This document shows, in pieces, positions 1 through 10,117 of a stretch of DNA of 64,000 nt. The stretch covers positions 1,823-65,822 of the forward strand of contig DATHRY010000059.1 of the NCBI GenBank assembly GCA_035464715.1, given 5' to 3'. Below the pieces are notes generated by a model that ran no database searches, was not told the DNA's origin, and saw only the letters and a list, made by a program, of their open reading frames with translations. Every line of letters starts with the position of its first letter. Within the stretch, counting starts at the first letter, position 1. The position numbers and the translations under genes were made by a program. Source of the DNA: Longimicrobiales bacterium (GTDB taxonomy: Bacteria > Gemmatimonadota > Gemmatimonadetes > Longimicrobiales > Gaopeijiaceae).

Positions 1-65
1 GCAGCCCGCGCCCTCCTCGCGGCGGTTCGGGACGCCGATGCCCACACCCCGACGGAGTCCGCTCC

Positions 66-875
66 ATGACGGACATGATCACGCTCCGCGCCGACCTCTG
101 GATCCCGCTGGTGGCCGGCCACTTCGTCGGGGACTTCGTGCTTCAGACCGACGAGATCGTCCACAGGAAGGGCGAGGTCCGCGTCGCTGCGTTCCACGCC
201 CTGGTGGTGGCCCTCGTGACCTGGCTGCTCACCGGATTCACCGGGGCGTGGTTCTGGTTGGTGCCCGCGATCTTCCTGCCCCATCTCCTCATCGACCTGG
301 GGAAGGTCCGGGCCGATCGCCGTCTGCGGGCCCGACACGGGCAACCGGGGGACTTCCTCGACCGGAACGGGGGGCTCCTCCTCTTCCTCGTGGACCAACT
401 CCTCCACCTGGCCGTCCTCGTGGGGATCCTGGCGGTGGTGGATCGGGCCACCGGCCTCCAGACGACCCTGGATGCCCCCAGCCTCTGGGTGAACACCTTC
501 GGGGCCGGCTACCTCCCCTTCCTGGTCCTGGTGACCGGCTGGGTCCTGTCCACCAGCGTCGCGGGGCACACACTCGCGCTGGGACTGGCCCGCTTCGAGG
601 CCGAGCTCACCCCACGGCAGAAGGCGGGGCTGCGCGGCGGAGGCTACTGGATCGGCGTCACCGAGCGGTCCCTGATCTACCTGTTCATCCTATTGGGTGA
701 GCCGGCGGGCATCGGGTTCCTGGCGGCCGCGAAGTCTGTCTTCCGCATCGGCGAGATCCGGGAGGCCGAGGACCGGAAGCTGGCGGAGTACATCCTGATC
801 GGGACCCTGATGAGCTTCGCTGTGGCCATGCTGGTCGGCGTGGCCGTCCGGGAGGCGTTGCGAGCCCTGTCCTGA
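66..875 (+). CDS. DUF3307-like polytopic membrane protein
   Basis: 269-aa ORF with an ATG start and several hydrophobic helices. The N-terminal HFVGDFVLQTDE motif resembles DUF3307. Overlapping ORFs in other frames are Arg/Pro/Gly-rich shadows. Confidence 0.55.
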   Translation: MTDMITLRADLWIPLVAGHFVGDFVLQTDEIVHRKGEVRVAAFHALVVALVTWLLTGFTGAWFWLVPAIFLPHLLIDLGKVRADRRLRARHGQPGDFLDRNGGLLLFLVDQLLHLAVLVGILAVVDRATGLQTTLDAPSLWVNTFGAGYLPFLVLVTGWVLSTSVAGHTLALGLARFEAELTPRQKAGLRGGGYWIGVTERSLIYLFILLGEPAGIGFLAAAKSVFRIGEIREAEDRKLAEYILIGTLMSFAVAMLVGVAVREALRALS

Positions 876-899
876 TCCGGATCGGGCGGTGGCGCAGGG

Positions 900-2530
900 T
901 CAGTCGGACCTGAGGATCGCGTGGGGTTGCACGCGGCCCGCCTGAAGGGCGGGCCGAAGCCCCGCGGCCAGCGCCGCGAGGGTGAACCCGACGGCCACCG
1001 CGACGAGGGTCACCGGGTCCGCCACCGGGACGCCGTAGAGCCAGTCCTCCAGGACCGGTCCTGCCAGCGCATAGGTACCGGCCCCCGCGGTGAGCCCCAG
1101 CCCCGTCAGCCCCACGCCCCATCCCACGATCAGACGCCCGACGTCCGCCGGACGAGCTCCGACCGCGAGGCGCAGGCCCATCTCACGGCGCCTCAGCAGG
1201 GCCCCGTAGGAGAGGATGCCGTAGAGCCCCAGCGCCGCCAGGACGTAGGCCACCCCAGCGAACGCCCCGACGACCAGGGTCACGTACCGGGGCCGGGCCA
1301 GAGCGTCTCCCACCATCTCCCGCATCGTGGCGACGTCGGCGACCCTGATCCTGGGGTCGAGCTCGGCCACGACCTGCCGTACCAGCGGAACCGCTTGCAG
1401 CGGATCCCCCCGGGTCCTGAGCGCGAGGTGCGAGAGCTTCCACGGCGACTGGGCCGTGGGCACGTAGAGGTCCAGGCGCCCCTCCCGGACGCTCCGGTAT
1501 CGGGCGTCCTCCACCACGCCGATCACCCGGAGCCAGGGCAGCTCGCTCTCCGGCGGACCGAACTTCAGCCTTCCGCCCACCGCGGAACCGGGATCGCCCC
1601 AGAATCGAGTGGCCAGGGCCTGGCCGATCACCACCACGGGCTCACCCGTGCCGTCGTCCGCCGGCCCGAACCCGCGGCCCGCACGAAGCTCGATGCCCAT
1701 CGCGTCGAAGTAGCCGGGAGTGGCGGCCTGGTAGTTGGCGTAGGGGTAGCCGGCCTGCTCCTCCGGCGGACGGCCCTCCACCGTGAAGGGGTAGTCGTAT
1801 CCGTAGGACGTCTCGAGAGGGCGGATGAGCACTCCCCCGGCGGCGTCCACCTCGGGCCGAGCCTGGAGTCGCTCCGACAGCCGGGCGAAGAAGCGGTCGG
1901 ACACCGCCACGTCGTCATGCTCCTCCTCGTAGAGGGGGATGGTGGCGGTCAGGGTTCCCGCCTCGAACCCTTTGTCCACGCTGTAGAGGGCCCGGAGGCT
2001 CCGGGCGTCGCCTCCAACCGTATCGTCGAGCCCACCACCCCCGGATCGGCCCCGAAGCGGCGCCGCCACAGGGCCTCGTGGAGGACGACCACGGGGGCGG
2101 CTCCCGGCGCGCCGTCCTCCGCCTCGAAGAGCCGGCCCCGCAAGGGCTCCACGCCCAGGACCCTGGAGAAGTTCCAGGTCACCACCTTCCCCGGGACCCT
2201 CTCGACGGCGTCTCCGAGCTCCACCAGGCGCCCTGATCCCGATGCCCAGGCCGCGACCCCATCGAAGGCATCCAGCTCCTGGTCCAGGGCCACGACGTCG
2301 ACGTACGCGGCCTCGACGGACACGTCCGGTGCCTGCTCCCGGCGCTGTTCGAGCCGGACCAGCCGTTCCGGCTCCGGAAAGGGCAGCGGCCGCAGGAGGA
2401 CCGTGTCCGCGACGCTGAAGACCGCGGTGGCGGACCCGATCCCCACCGCCAGGGTGAGGACGGTCACCGTCGTGAACCCCGGGCGGCGAGCCAGTCCACG
2501 AAGAACCTGCCGCACCCCGTTCACGTCCAC
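900..2530 (-). pseudogene. MacB/FtsX-type ABC transporter permease, split across two frames (frameshift or indel error near 1950-2040)
   Basis: The frame of ORF 1949-2530 gives a typical N-terminus (TM helix FTTVTVLTLAVGIGSATAVF, then LLRPLPFPEPERLV and a MacB periplasmic-domain-like stretch). The frame of ORF 900-2537 gives the rest of the periplasmic domain plus the C-terminal FtsX 4-TM module (RRREMGLRLAVGARPADV...). In that second frame, everything upstream of about 2030 is Gly/Arg junk. Confidence 0.7.
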
Positions 2531-2620
2531 CTCCCATCAGCGCGCCGACGATCCGGACGGGATCGGGTCACGGCCGTCTCGGGGTGGAGGGGCCGGACGT
2601 ACGGCGCCCGGTGACGGTCC

Positions 2621-4333
2621 TCACCCACCGAACAGGGGTGGGTGCAACAGGTGATGGCCGGTTCCGTCCTGGTAGGCCCGGGCCACGCGCAGGGCCGCCC
2701 CTTCCTTCCACAGGCCCCCGATGAAGGAGAAGCTCACGGGGCTACGGTCCTCGTCGAAGCCGTTCGGGACCACCACGGCCGGGTGCCCGGTGAGATTGGT
2801 CATCAGAAGAACCCCCTCGGCGAAGGACGGCGTGATGAGGACATCCACGCCCTGCATGGCGGTGTGGAGGGCCCCCACGACCATGGTTCTGACGCGGTTG
2901 GCCTGGATGTACTCCACCGCCGGGATGAAGCGGGCGGTACGGAAGGCGTTCGGCCAGCTCCCCGGCGTCTGACGGACCAGGTCGTCGTCCATCCCGGAGC
3001 GGGTGAGGTCGTCGAACGCCGCCGCCGCCTCGGCGCTCAGGACGATGCGGAGCGCCCCCAGCGGAAAGTCCCCGGGGAGGTCCATGGGGATGAGATCCAC
3101 GCCCGCCTCCCGGAACCACCCCAGGGCGGCCCGATCGAAGGCGGCGGTCCCCTCCTCCCCTCCGTATGCCTCCGGAACGTACCCGATGCGCAGGCCCTCG
3201 AGGCCGGCCCCTCCGTCCCAGGAGAAGGGTACGTCCCGGGCGGTCGGGTCCCGGCCGTCGGCACCGTGGATGGCGTTGAGGACCAGGGCGCAGTCCTCCA
3301 CGCTGCGGCAGATGGGGCCCAGCTTGTCCATGCTCCAGGAGAGGGCCATGGCGCCGGCCCGGCTCACCCGTCCGTAGGTCGGGCGCAGGCCCGTGGCCCC
3401 CGTCCGCGTCGATGGGGAGATGATGGAGCCCAGGGTCTCGCTGCCGATGCTGAAGCCCACCAGACCCGCCACCGTAGCCGCGGCGGAGCCCGCCGAGGAT
3501 CCGGAGCTGCCCTGCTCCGGGTTCCAGGGGTTCCGGGTCCGCCCGCCGAACCAGTAGTCCCCCATGGCCAGGGCGCCGAGGGTCAGCTTGGCCACCAGGA
3601 CCGCCCCGGCGTCGTCCAGGCGACGGACCACGGTGGCGTCGTCATCCACCTCCTGGGCCTGGAACGGCATGGCGCCCCAGGTCGTGGGATAGCCCCGGGT
3701 CGCCAACAGGTCCTTCGCGCCCCAGGGGATCCCGTGGAGGGGACCCCGGTAGCGGCCGTGGGCGATCTCGCGGTCCGCCCCGCGAGCCTGTCGCAGCGCG
3801 CGCTCCGGGGTGAGGGTGATGACGGCCTCGAGGGTAGGTCCGTGCCGCTCCAGACGGTCTAGGTACATGCGGGTCAGCTCCTCCGACGACACCTGTCTCG
3901 TCCGGACGAGCTCGGCAAGCCGGGTCACGGGCCAGAAGGCGACCTCTTCGACGCTGCCCGGCTTGACGACCCCCCTGGGCCGGGAGGGGGCGAAGGGCCC
4001 GTCTCCGACCTCGGGCGTCGTTCCCGCCGGCTGGGGCTCGAAATGGAGTGCGGGAGGGACCTCGTTCGGGACGGACTGACGACGGAGCGCCTCGTACGCG
4101 TCCCGGTTCCCGTTCAGTCCGTCGACCATCATCTCCCTCTCCTCCTCGGAGAAGGAGAGGCCGGCCAGCTTCTCGGCTTCGGCCACCATGGCGGTGGTGA
4201 CGGGGGCCTCCTGCATCCGGGCCCACAGGGCTCCGGGAAAGAGCGTCCCCCCGAGGCCGAGCGCGGAGAACCATACGAGAAACTCCCGTCGGTCGGGGGC
4301 CGGGCCGGTGACGTCCAGGGACACGGAAGACAT
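2621..4333 (-). CDS. Tat-exported amidase (amidase-signature family, GatA-like)
   Basis: Amidase signature GSSGSSAGSAAATVAG and a GATKDL-like WGAKDLLAT motif. The twin-arginine signal DRREFLVWFSALGLGGTLFPGALWA follows the internal ATG at 4333. The 55 codons upstream in the 625-aa ORF look non-coding. Confidence 0.8.
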   Translation of the reverse strand: MSSVSLDVTGPAPDRREFLVWFSALGLGGTLFPGALWARMQEAPVTTAMVAEAEKLAGLSFSEEEREMMVDGLNGNRDAYEALRRQSVPNEVPPALHFEPQPAGTTPEVGDGPFAPSRPRGVVKPGSVEEVAFWPVTRLAELVRTRQVSSEELTRMYLDRLERHGPTLEAVITLTPERALRQARGADREIAHGRYRGPLHGIPWGAKDLLATRGYPTTWGAMPFQAQEVDDDATVVRRLDDAGAVLVAKLTLGALAMGDYWFGGRTRNPWNPEQGSSGSSAGSAAATVAGLVGFSIGSETLGSIISPSTRTGATGLRPTYGRVSRAGAMALSWSMDKLGPICRSVEDCALVLNAIHGADGRDPTARDVPFSWDGGAGLEGLRIGYVPEAYGGEEGTAAFDRAALGWFREAGVDLIPMDLPGDFPLGALRIVLSAEAAAAFDDLTRSGMDDDLVRQTPGSWPNAFRTARFIPAVEYIQANRVRTMVVGALHTAMQGVDVLITPSFAEGVLLMTNLTGHPAVVVPNGFDEDRSPVSFSFIGGLWKEGAALRVARAYQDGTGHHLLHPPLFGG

Positions 4334-4546
4334 GGGCGGTCTGGTCGATGGTAAGCGATGGCTATCCGCAGGGAGGGCGCAGGGACATTTGACGCGGTCG
4401 CCGCCACCCGGGCAACCGGGAAGGGGGTTGTGGGCGGTCTCGCCGGCGGGTAGGCTGACCCCCGTCGAGCCGTGCCCGCAACGGGCCGGAGGCTCCAACG
4501 CCGGGTCGTCTCACGGGCATCCGGCCAACCGATAGAGGGGGCGCTC

Positions 4547-5755
4547 GTGAAGGTCGCGGTACTCGCAGAAGGAGCCGAAGAGGCCCGGGTTGCTGTGGTC
4601 CCCGCCTCGGTGGCCGAGCTGGTCAAGGCCGGGGCCGAGGTGGCCGTCGTACAGGGGGCCGGGGGCCGAGCCGGCGTGACCGACGACGAATACCGGGCGG
4701 CCGGAGCGAAGGTCGTGCCCGACGCCCGGACGGCGCTGGAGGGGGCCGACATCCTCCTCGGCGTGCAGCCGCCCCCGCCTGGGTCGGAGCCGGGTGGACT
4801 CGACGCCCTCCCCTCCGGCCTGGTCCTGGTCGCCTTCCTGGATCCGCTGGGCGATCCGGAGCTGGCGGCGGCGCTGGCCCGGCGCGGGGTGAGTGCCTTC
4901 GCCATGGAGCTGATCCCCCGGACGACCCGGGCGCAGCGCATGGACGCCCTCTCCTCCCAGGCCATGGTCGCGGGCTACAAGGCGGTGCTGATGGCAGCGG
5001 ACGCCCTCCCCCGGCTCATGCCCATGTTCATGACCGCGGCCGGGACGATCCGGCCGGCCAAGGCCCTGGTCCTGGGCGCCGGTGTGGCGGGGCTCCAGGC
5101 CATCGCGACGGCCCGACGGCTCGGCGCCCGGGTCGAGGCCTTCGACGTGCGGCCGGCGGTGAAGGAGCAGGTGGAGAGCCTGGGGGCGAGCTTCCTCGAG
5201 ACCGAGCACGAGGTGACGGCCGAGGGAGAGGGAGGCTACGCCAAGGAGCTTTCGGAGGAGCAGCACCAGCGGGAGCTGGAGCTCATCGCCGAGCACATCC
5301 GGGACGCGGACATGGTCATCACCACGGCCCAGATCCCCGGGCGCCCCGCGCCGCTCCTCATCACCGAGGACATGCTCCGGACCATGCGACCCGGCTCGGT
5401 GATCGTGGACATGGCGGCGCGGAGCGGCGGCAATTGCGCTTTGTCCGAGGCGGGCAAGACCGTGGAGCGCCACGGCGTCACCATCATGGGCCCGGACAAC
5501 CTTGCGGCCGCCATCCCGGTCCACGCCAGCCAGATGTACGCCAAGAATGCCGTCACCTTCCTCCTGGAGATGGTGCAGGACGGGTCCCTGAGCGTGGACC
5601 TGGCGAACGACGTGGTGGGGCCCGCGTGCCTCACCCATGGGGGGGAGGTCCGGAACGACCGCGTCCGGAGCGCGTTGGGACTCGCCCCGCTGGCCCCACC
5701 GCCCCCTCCGACCGACGACACCCCCGACCCCGAACCCGCCGAGGGAGCGAGCTGA
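4547..5755 (+). CDS. pntAA: NAD(P) transhydrogenase subunit alpha part 1
   Basis: AlaDH/PNT N- and C-domain pattern with the Rossmann motif LVLGAGVAGLQAI. The GTG at 4547 is preceded by AGAGGGGG; the ATG at 4472 is an alternative start. Followed by pntAB and pntB. Confidence 0.85.
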   Translation: MKVAVLAEGAEEARVAVVPASVAELVKAGAEVAVVQGAGGRAGVTDDEYRAAGAKVVPDARTALEGADILLGVQPPPPGSEPGGLDALPSGLVLVAFLDPLGDPELAAALARRGVSAFAMELIPRTTRAQRMDALSSQAMVAGYKAVLMAADALPRLMPMFMTAAGTIRPAKALVLGAGVAGLQAIATARRLGARVEAFDVRPAVKEQVESLGASFLETEHEVTAEGEGGYAKELSEEQHQRELELIAEHIRDADMVITTAQIPGRPAPLLITEDMLRTMRPGSVIVDMAARSGGNCALSEAGKTVERHGVTIMGPDNLAAAIPVHASQMYAKNAVTFLLEMVQDGSLSVDLANDVVGPACLTHGGEVRNDRVRSALGLAPLAPPPPPTDDTPDPEPAEGAS

Positions 5756-5758
5756 TCC

Positions 5759-6040
5759 ATGGGTGAGATCATCATCGGACTCTACGTCTTCGTCCTGGCC
5801 ACCCTGGCCGGACGGGAGGTCATCGGGAAGGTCCCGCCGACCCTCCACACGCCCCTCATGTCCGGGGCGAACGCCATCAGCGGCATCGCCATCATCGGGG
5901 CCATCGTGGTCACCGGCGGCTCCGAGGGCGGGCTCGTCACGGTGCTGGGGATCGTGGCCGTGGTCATGGCGACCGTGAACGTCGTCGGGGGCTTCATGGT
6001 CACCGACCGGATGCTCAACATGTTCAAGAAGAACGACTGA
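5759..6040 (+). CDS. pntAB: NAD(P) transhydrogenase subunit alpha part 2 (membrane)
   Basis: 93-aa protein with 3 TM helices, lying between pntAA and pntB. PLMSGANAISGI motif. Confidence 0.85.
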   Translation: MGEIIIGLYVFVLATLAGREVIGKVPPTLHTPLMSGANAISGIAIIGAIVVTGGSEGGLVTVLGIVAVVMATVNVVGGFMVTDRMLNMFKKND

Positions 6041-6056
6041 GGACGGGAAGACACGC

Positions 6057-7469
6057 ATGGAGCTTCTGACCCTGGTGGAGATCGCGTATCTCCTGTCCGC
6101 CATCCTCTTCGTCACCGGCCTGAAGCGGATGCAGTCCCCGGCCACCGCCCGTCAGGGGAACGGGCTGGCCGCCCTGGCCATGCTGGTGGCGATCGTGGCC
6201 ACCCTGGTGCATCCGGAATACCAGATCCTGTCCTGGACCGGGATCCTGATCGGCATCGTGATCGGCTCCCTGGCGGGCGCCGTGGCGGCCCGGACCGTGA
6301 AGATGACGGCCATGCCCGAGATGGTCGGGATCTTCAACGGGTTCGGGGGCGGGGCTTCCGCCCTGGTCGCGGCCGCGGAGTTCGCCCGGATCCAGCAGAC
6401 CCCGGGGGCCTCCATCGGCCTCGAGGCCGGCATCACCATCGGCATCGGCATGCTGATCGGGGCCGTCACCTTCTCCGGTAGTTTCGTCGCCTTCGGCAAG
6501 CTCAGCGGACGGATCACCGGAAACCCGGTCACCTTCCCTCTGCAGAAGACCTTCAACGCCCTCCTCTTCGCCTCCCTGCTGGTCATCGGGGGCATTCTCG
6601 CGACGGGCGGGACCCTGGGCAGCCTCCCACCCCTGACGCTCTTCTGGGTCTTCACGGGCCTCGCCCTCCTGCTGGGGATCCTCCTGGTCATCCCCATCGG
6701 CGGCGCCGACATGCCGGTGGTGATCTCCCTGCTGAACTCCTACTCCGGGCTGGCCGCCTCGGCGGCGGGCTTCGTGATCGGGAACAACGTCCTGATCCTC
6801 TCCGGTGCCCTGGTGGGGGCGGCGGGACTGTTCCTCACCATGCTGATGTGCAAGGCGATGAACCGGTCCCTGGCCAACGTGGCGTTCGGGGCCTTCGGGG
6901 GGGAGTCGTCCGGGACCAAGGCGGTGGGGGGTGGCGACAAGCCGGTGCGCTCGGTGGACCCCGACGGCGCGGCCACGATGCTGGCCTACGCGTCGAGTGT
7001 CATCGTCGTCCCCGGGTACGGCCTCGCCGTGGCCCAGGCCCAGCACGACCTGAAGAAGGTGATGGACATCCTCGGCGAGCGTGGGGTGGACGTGAAGTAC
7101 GCCATCCACCCCGTGGCCGGCCGGATGCCCGGCCACATGAACGTGCTGCTGGCGGAGGCCGACGTCCCCTACGACCTGCTCTTCGACCTGGACGAGATCA
7201 ACGACGACTTCTCCCGGACCGACGTGGTCCTGGTCGTCGGGGCCAACGACGTGGTGAACCCCGACGCCCGCGATCCCAAGAGCGTGATCGCCGGCATGCC
7301 GATCCTGGACGTGGACAAAGCGCGGAACGTCATCGTCATGAAGCGGAGCCTCTCTCCGGGCTTCGCCGGTATCGACAACCCCCTCTTCTACATGGACCAC
7401 AACTACATGTTCTTCGGCGACGCGAAGAAGTCCATGCAGGAACTGGCCAAGGCCGTACGGGAGGTCTGA
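6057..7469 (+). CDS. pntB: NAD(P) transhydrogenase subunit beta
   Basis: 470 aa: an N-terminal polytopic membrane domain plus a C-terminal NADP(H)-binding domain (VIVVPGYGLAVAQAQH, HPVAGRMPGHMNVLLAEA, VLVVGANDVVNP). Confidence 0.9.
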   Translation: MELLTLVEIAYLLSAILFVTGLKRMQSPATARQGNGLAALAMLVAIVATLVHPEYQILSWTGILIGIVIGSLAGAVAARTVKMTAMPEMVGIFNGFGGGASALVAAAEFARIQQTPGASIGLEAGITIGIGMLIGAVTFSGSFVAFGKLSGRITGNPVTFPLQKTFNALLFASLLVIGGILATGGTLGSLPPLTLFWVFTGLALLLGILLVIPIGGADMPVVISLLNSYSGLAASAAGFVIGNNVLILSGALVGAAGLFLTMLMCKAMNRSLANVAFGAFGGESSGTKAVGGGDKPVRSVDPDGAATMLAYASSVIVVPGYGLAVAQAQHDLKKVMDILGERGVDVKYAIHPVAGRMPGHMNVLLAEADVPYDLLFDLDEINDDFSRTDVVLVVGANDVVNPDARDPKSVIAGMPILDVDKARNVIVMKRSLSPGFAGIDNPLFYMDHNYMFFGDAKKSMQELAKAVREV

Positions 7470-7470
7470 C

Positions 7471-7947
7471 GTGGCCACCCCGGGCCCCGGGGGAGCGGAG
7501 GCCTCGACGCTGCGGGAGTACCACCGGGTCCTCGTAGGACTCTCCTGGGCCCTGATCGCCGGGGTCGCGGCCATGGCGGGAGGCGCGTGGTTCCTGGTGG
7601 CCGCGGAGCTCTTTCAGCCCTTCCTGGGCTTCACCACGCCGGTGCGGATCGGGATCGCCGTGTTCCTGGTCCTCCTGCTCCTGTCGGCCGGTCCGCTCAA
7701 GCGGGCCGTGGGCGGGGACGGCCCCCCCTCGGACCCGACCGAAGCCCTGTCCCGTGTACAGACGAGGGTGATGGTGGGGATGGCCGTCCGGGACGCGGTG
7801 GGGGCCATGGCGGCCGTCCTGATCCTGCTCAGCGGAGACCTGCTGGTCGGTGGCTCCGCCGCCGTGGCGACGTTGGTGGCCATGGTCTCGGACCTCCCGG
7901 GCCTCGGCGATCTGGAGGAGGCGGTCCGCCAGGTCCAGGGCGCCTGA
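7471..7947 (+). CDS. Hypothetical membrane protein, coupled to the pnt operon
   Basis: The GTG start lies 1 nt after the pntB stop. 158 aa with 3-4 hydrophobic helices. No family recognised. Confidence 0.45.
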   Translation: MATPGPGGAEASTLREYHRVLVGLSWALIAGVAAMAGGAWFLVAAELFQPFLGFTTPVRIGIAVFLVLLLLSAGPLKRAVGGDGPPSDPTEALSRVQTRVMVGMAVRDAVGAMAAVLILLSGDLLVGGSAAVATLVAMVSDLPGLGDLEEAVRQVQGA

Positions 7948-8036
7948 GAGCGGGCCCCTCCGGCGGGAACCCGGGGCAGAGGACGACGGGATCGGCGCAC
8001 GAGCCGGTCGCCGGTCCGGCACGCGCCCGGGCACGG

Positions 8037-9491
8037 TCAGCCGGCGGTGAGTTCCGCTGCCGCCCGGTTCAGCTCCGCCCAGGTGCGGGCGAGATGCGCC
8101 CGGGTCGTCCGGATGTTGCCGATGGAGAGGCGCAGGGCCAGGCGCCCGTCCACCCGGGTGTGGGACAGGAAGGCCACCCCGCTGGCGTTCACCCGGTCCA
8201 GGATGGCCTGGTTCAGTGCATCGACCTCCTCCCGGCCGAGACCCGGAGGTGCGAAACGGAACACCGGTGTGGCCATGGGACACGCCGCGGCGAGCTCCCA
8301 ACCCGGGCCGTCTTGGATCCGGCCCACCCACTCGGCGGCCAGCTCGAGGTGATGCCTCAACCGCTCCCGGAGGCCCTCGGCTCCGAAGGCCCGGAGCACG
8401 AACCAGAGCTTCAGGGCACGGAAGCGTCGTCCCAGCGCCACGCCGTAGTCCATGAGATTGGTCACCTCGGCTCCCTCGTCGGTGCGGAGATACTCCGGCG
8501 TCAGGCTGAAGGCCCGCCGCAGGAACTCCGGGCGCCGACAGTACAGCACCGAGCAGTCCACGGGGGTGAAGAGCCACTTGTGCGGGTTCACCACGATGGA
8601 GTCGGCGGCCTCCCACCCGTCGAACAGATCGTGGAGTTCGGGGAGGAGCGCCAGCGGCCCCCCGTACGCCGCGTCGACGTGGAGCCACAGCCCCTCCTCG
8701 GCGCAGATCCGCGCCACGTCCCGAAGCGGGTCGACGGCCGTGGTCGAGGTGGTGCCCAGGGTGGCGACCACCGCCATGGGCCGGTCCCCGGCGGACCGGT
8801 CGGCCCGGATCGCCTCGGACAACGCCCCGGGATCCATCTCCAGCGCCGGGTTGGTGGCCACCCGCCGGAGCCCGGCCCGCCCCAGGCCCAGGGTCAGCAC
8901 GGCCTTGTCGACCGAGAAGTGGGCCTCTGCGGAGCCGTAGCAGCGCAGCCGCGGGCCGCCGGCCAGCCCATCCTCCCCACCCTGCTCTGCCAAGGCCTGC
9001 TCCCGGGCCGCCGCCAGCGCGTAGAGGGTGGAGTGTGAGGCGGTGTCGTTGATGGTCCCCATGAACGCCTCGGGAAGGCCCAGAAGGCCTCGAAGCCAGG
9101 ACAGGGTATGCTCTTCGAGCTCGGTGGCCGCGGGCGAGGACCGCCACACCATGGCGTTGACGTTCAGGGCGGCCGTCAGCATCTCCCCCAGGATTCCGGG
9201 GCCCGACCCGGAGATGCTGAACCACGCGTGGAAGGACGGGTGGTTCCAGTGGGTCATCCCCGGGAGCACGAGCGTGCGGAAGTCCTCCAGGACCCGGTCC
9301 ATGTCCTCGGGCCCGTCCGGGGCTGTTTCCGGGAGGGCCTCCCGGAGGAAGCCGGGGCGTACGTCCGGGAAGACGGGGAGGGATCCGACCCCTTCGAGGT
9401 AGTCGGCCATCCAGTCGGCCACCTGGTGCGCCAGTCGCCGGAACTCCTCGGGCGGGAGGTCCCCCGGCTCGGAGCGCCCGGCGCCGCTCAT
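8037..9491 (-). CDS. PLP-dependent group II decarboxylase (aromatic-L-amino-acid/tyrosine decarboxylase-like)
   Basis: HWNHPSFHAWF, NDTASHSTLYAL, HVDAAYGG and the PLP-lysine motif NPHKWLFTPVDCS. The ATG at 9491 gives 484 aa. The remaining upstream part of the 974-aa ORF is shadow. Confidence 0.85.
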   Translation of the reverse strand: MSGAGRSEPGDLPPEEFRRLAHQVADWMADYLEGVGSLPVFPDVRPGFLREALPETAPDGPEDMDRVLEDFRTLVLPGMTHWNHPSFHAWFSISGSGPGILGEMLTAALNVNAMVWRSSPAATELEEHTLSWLRGLLGLPEAFMGTINDTASHSTLYALAAAREQALAEQGGEDGLAGGPRLRCYGSAEAHFSVDKAVLTLGLGRAGLRRVATNPALEMDPGALSEAIRADRSAGDRPMAVVATLGTTSTTAVDPLRDVARICAEEGLWLHVDAAYGGPLALLPELHDLFDGWEAADSIVVNPHKWLFTPVDCSVLYCRRPEFLRRAFSLTPEYLRTDEGAEVTNLMDYGVALGRRFRALKLWFVLRAFGAEGLRERLRHHLELAAEWVGRIQDGPGWELAAACPMATPVFRFAPPGLGREEVDALNQAILDRVNASGVAFLSHTRVDGRLALRLSIGNIRTTRAHLARTWAELNRAAAELTAG

Positions 9492-9946
9492 GGACGGACC
9501 GCTCGGACCTCGTCCAACGAGTGGCGGATCGCCTCGAGCTGGTTCCGGATCTCGTAGCGCACGTCGTCGCTCAGGCGCTCCGGCACCCCCGACCCCTGGA
9601 AGAGGGCGAAGAAGAGGGCGTCCGTGTGGCCGACCGACGCATAGGTCACCAGCTCGTCCATGATCCGGTTGAGGCGGAGCACCTCCCGGAGACCCATGGC
9701 GCCGGTGGGTGCGCGAGGTGGATCCTGATAGAGGAGACGGAGAAGCGCCTCGCGGAGGAGCTGTGCCTCCTCCACCGCCTCGCCCGCCGCCAACCCCCGA
9801 TTGGCCGCCAGCGAACCGAATAGCTCGCTGGTCTGGGTCCACAATGGCTCCAGCTGCTCCCGGTGGGGTCCGATCAGGCTCGGGAAGAGGTCCAGGAGAA
9901 GCTCGATGAAGAGCTCCAGGAGCTCCTCGACGCCTTCCCCGTCCAC
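9488..9946 (-). CDS. Hypothetical acidic all-helical protein (family not recognised; possibly a sensor-associated helical domain)
   Basis: 152-aa ORF whose stop overlaps the decarboxylase start (ATGA). Leu/Glu-rich with coding-like composition. Confidence 0.5.
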   Translation of the reverse strand: MDGEGVEELLELFIELLLDLFPSLIGPHREQLEPLWTQTSELFGSLAANRGLAAGEAVEEAQLLREALLRLLYQDPPRAPTGAMGLREVLRLNRIMDELVTYASVGHTDALFFALFQGSGVPERLSDDVRYEIRNQLEAIRHSLDEVRAVRP

Positions 9947-10117
9947 CCCACCCCGGATCCGCAGGTCCTGTAACCACCGCTCCCGCAGAGGGATGGTCCT
10001 GCACTCGAGCCAGTGGGCGAGATCCAGGGGATTCAGGGGGGGGTCCAGGGTCGTGGGGGATGGCCGGTGTCAGTCCTTGAAAGGTTGGCGAATTCCTGCG
10101 CGAATGCCACCCCCCCG

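Noticed and set aside
6024-7574. A 516-aa minus-strand ORF.
   Set aside because: It is antisense to pntB, which has unambiguous family motifs. The composition is junk-like.
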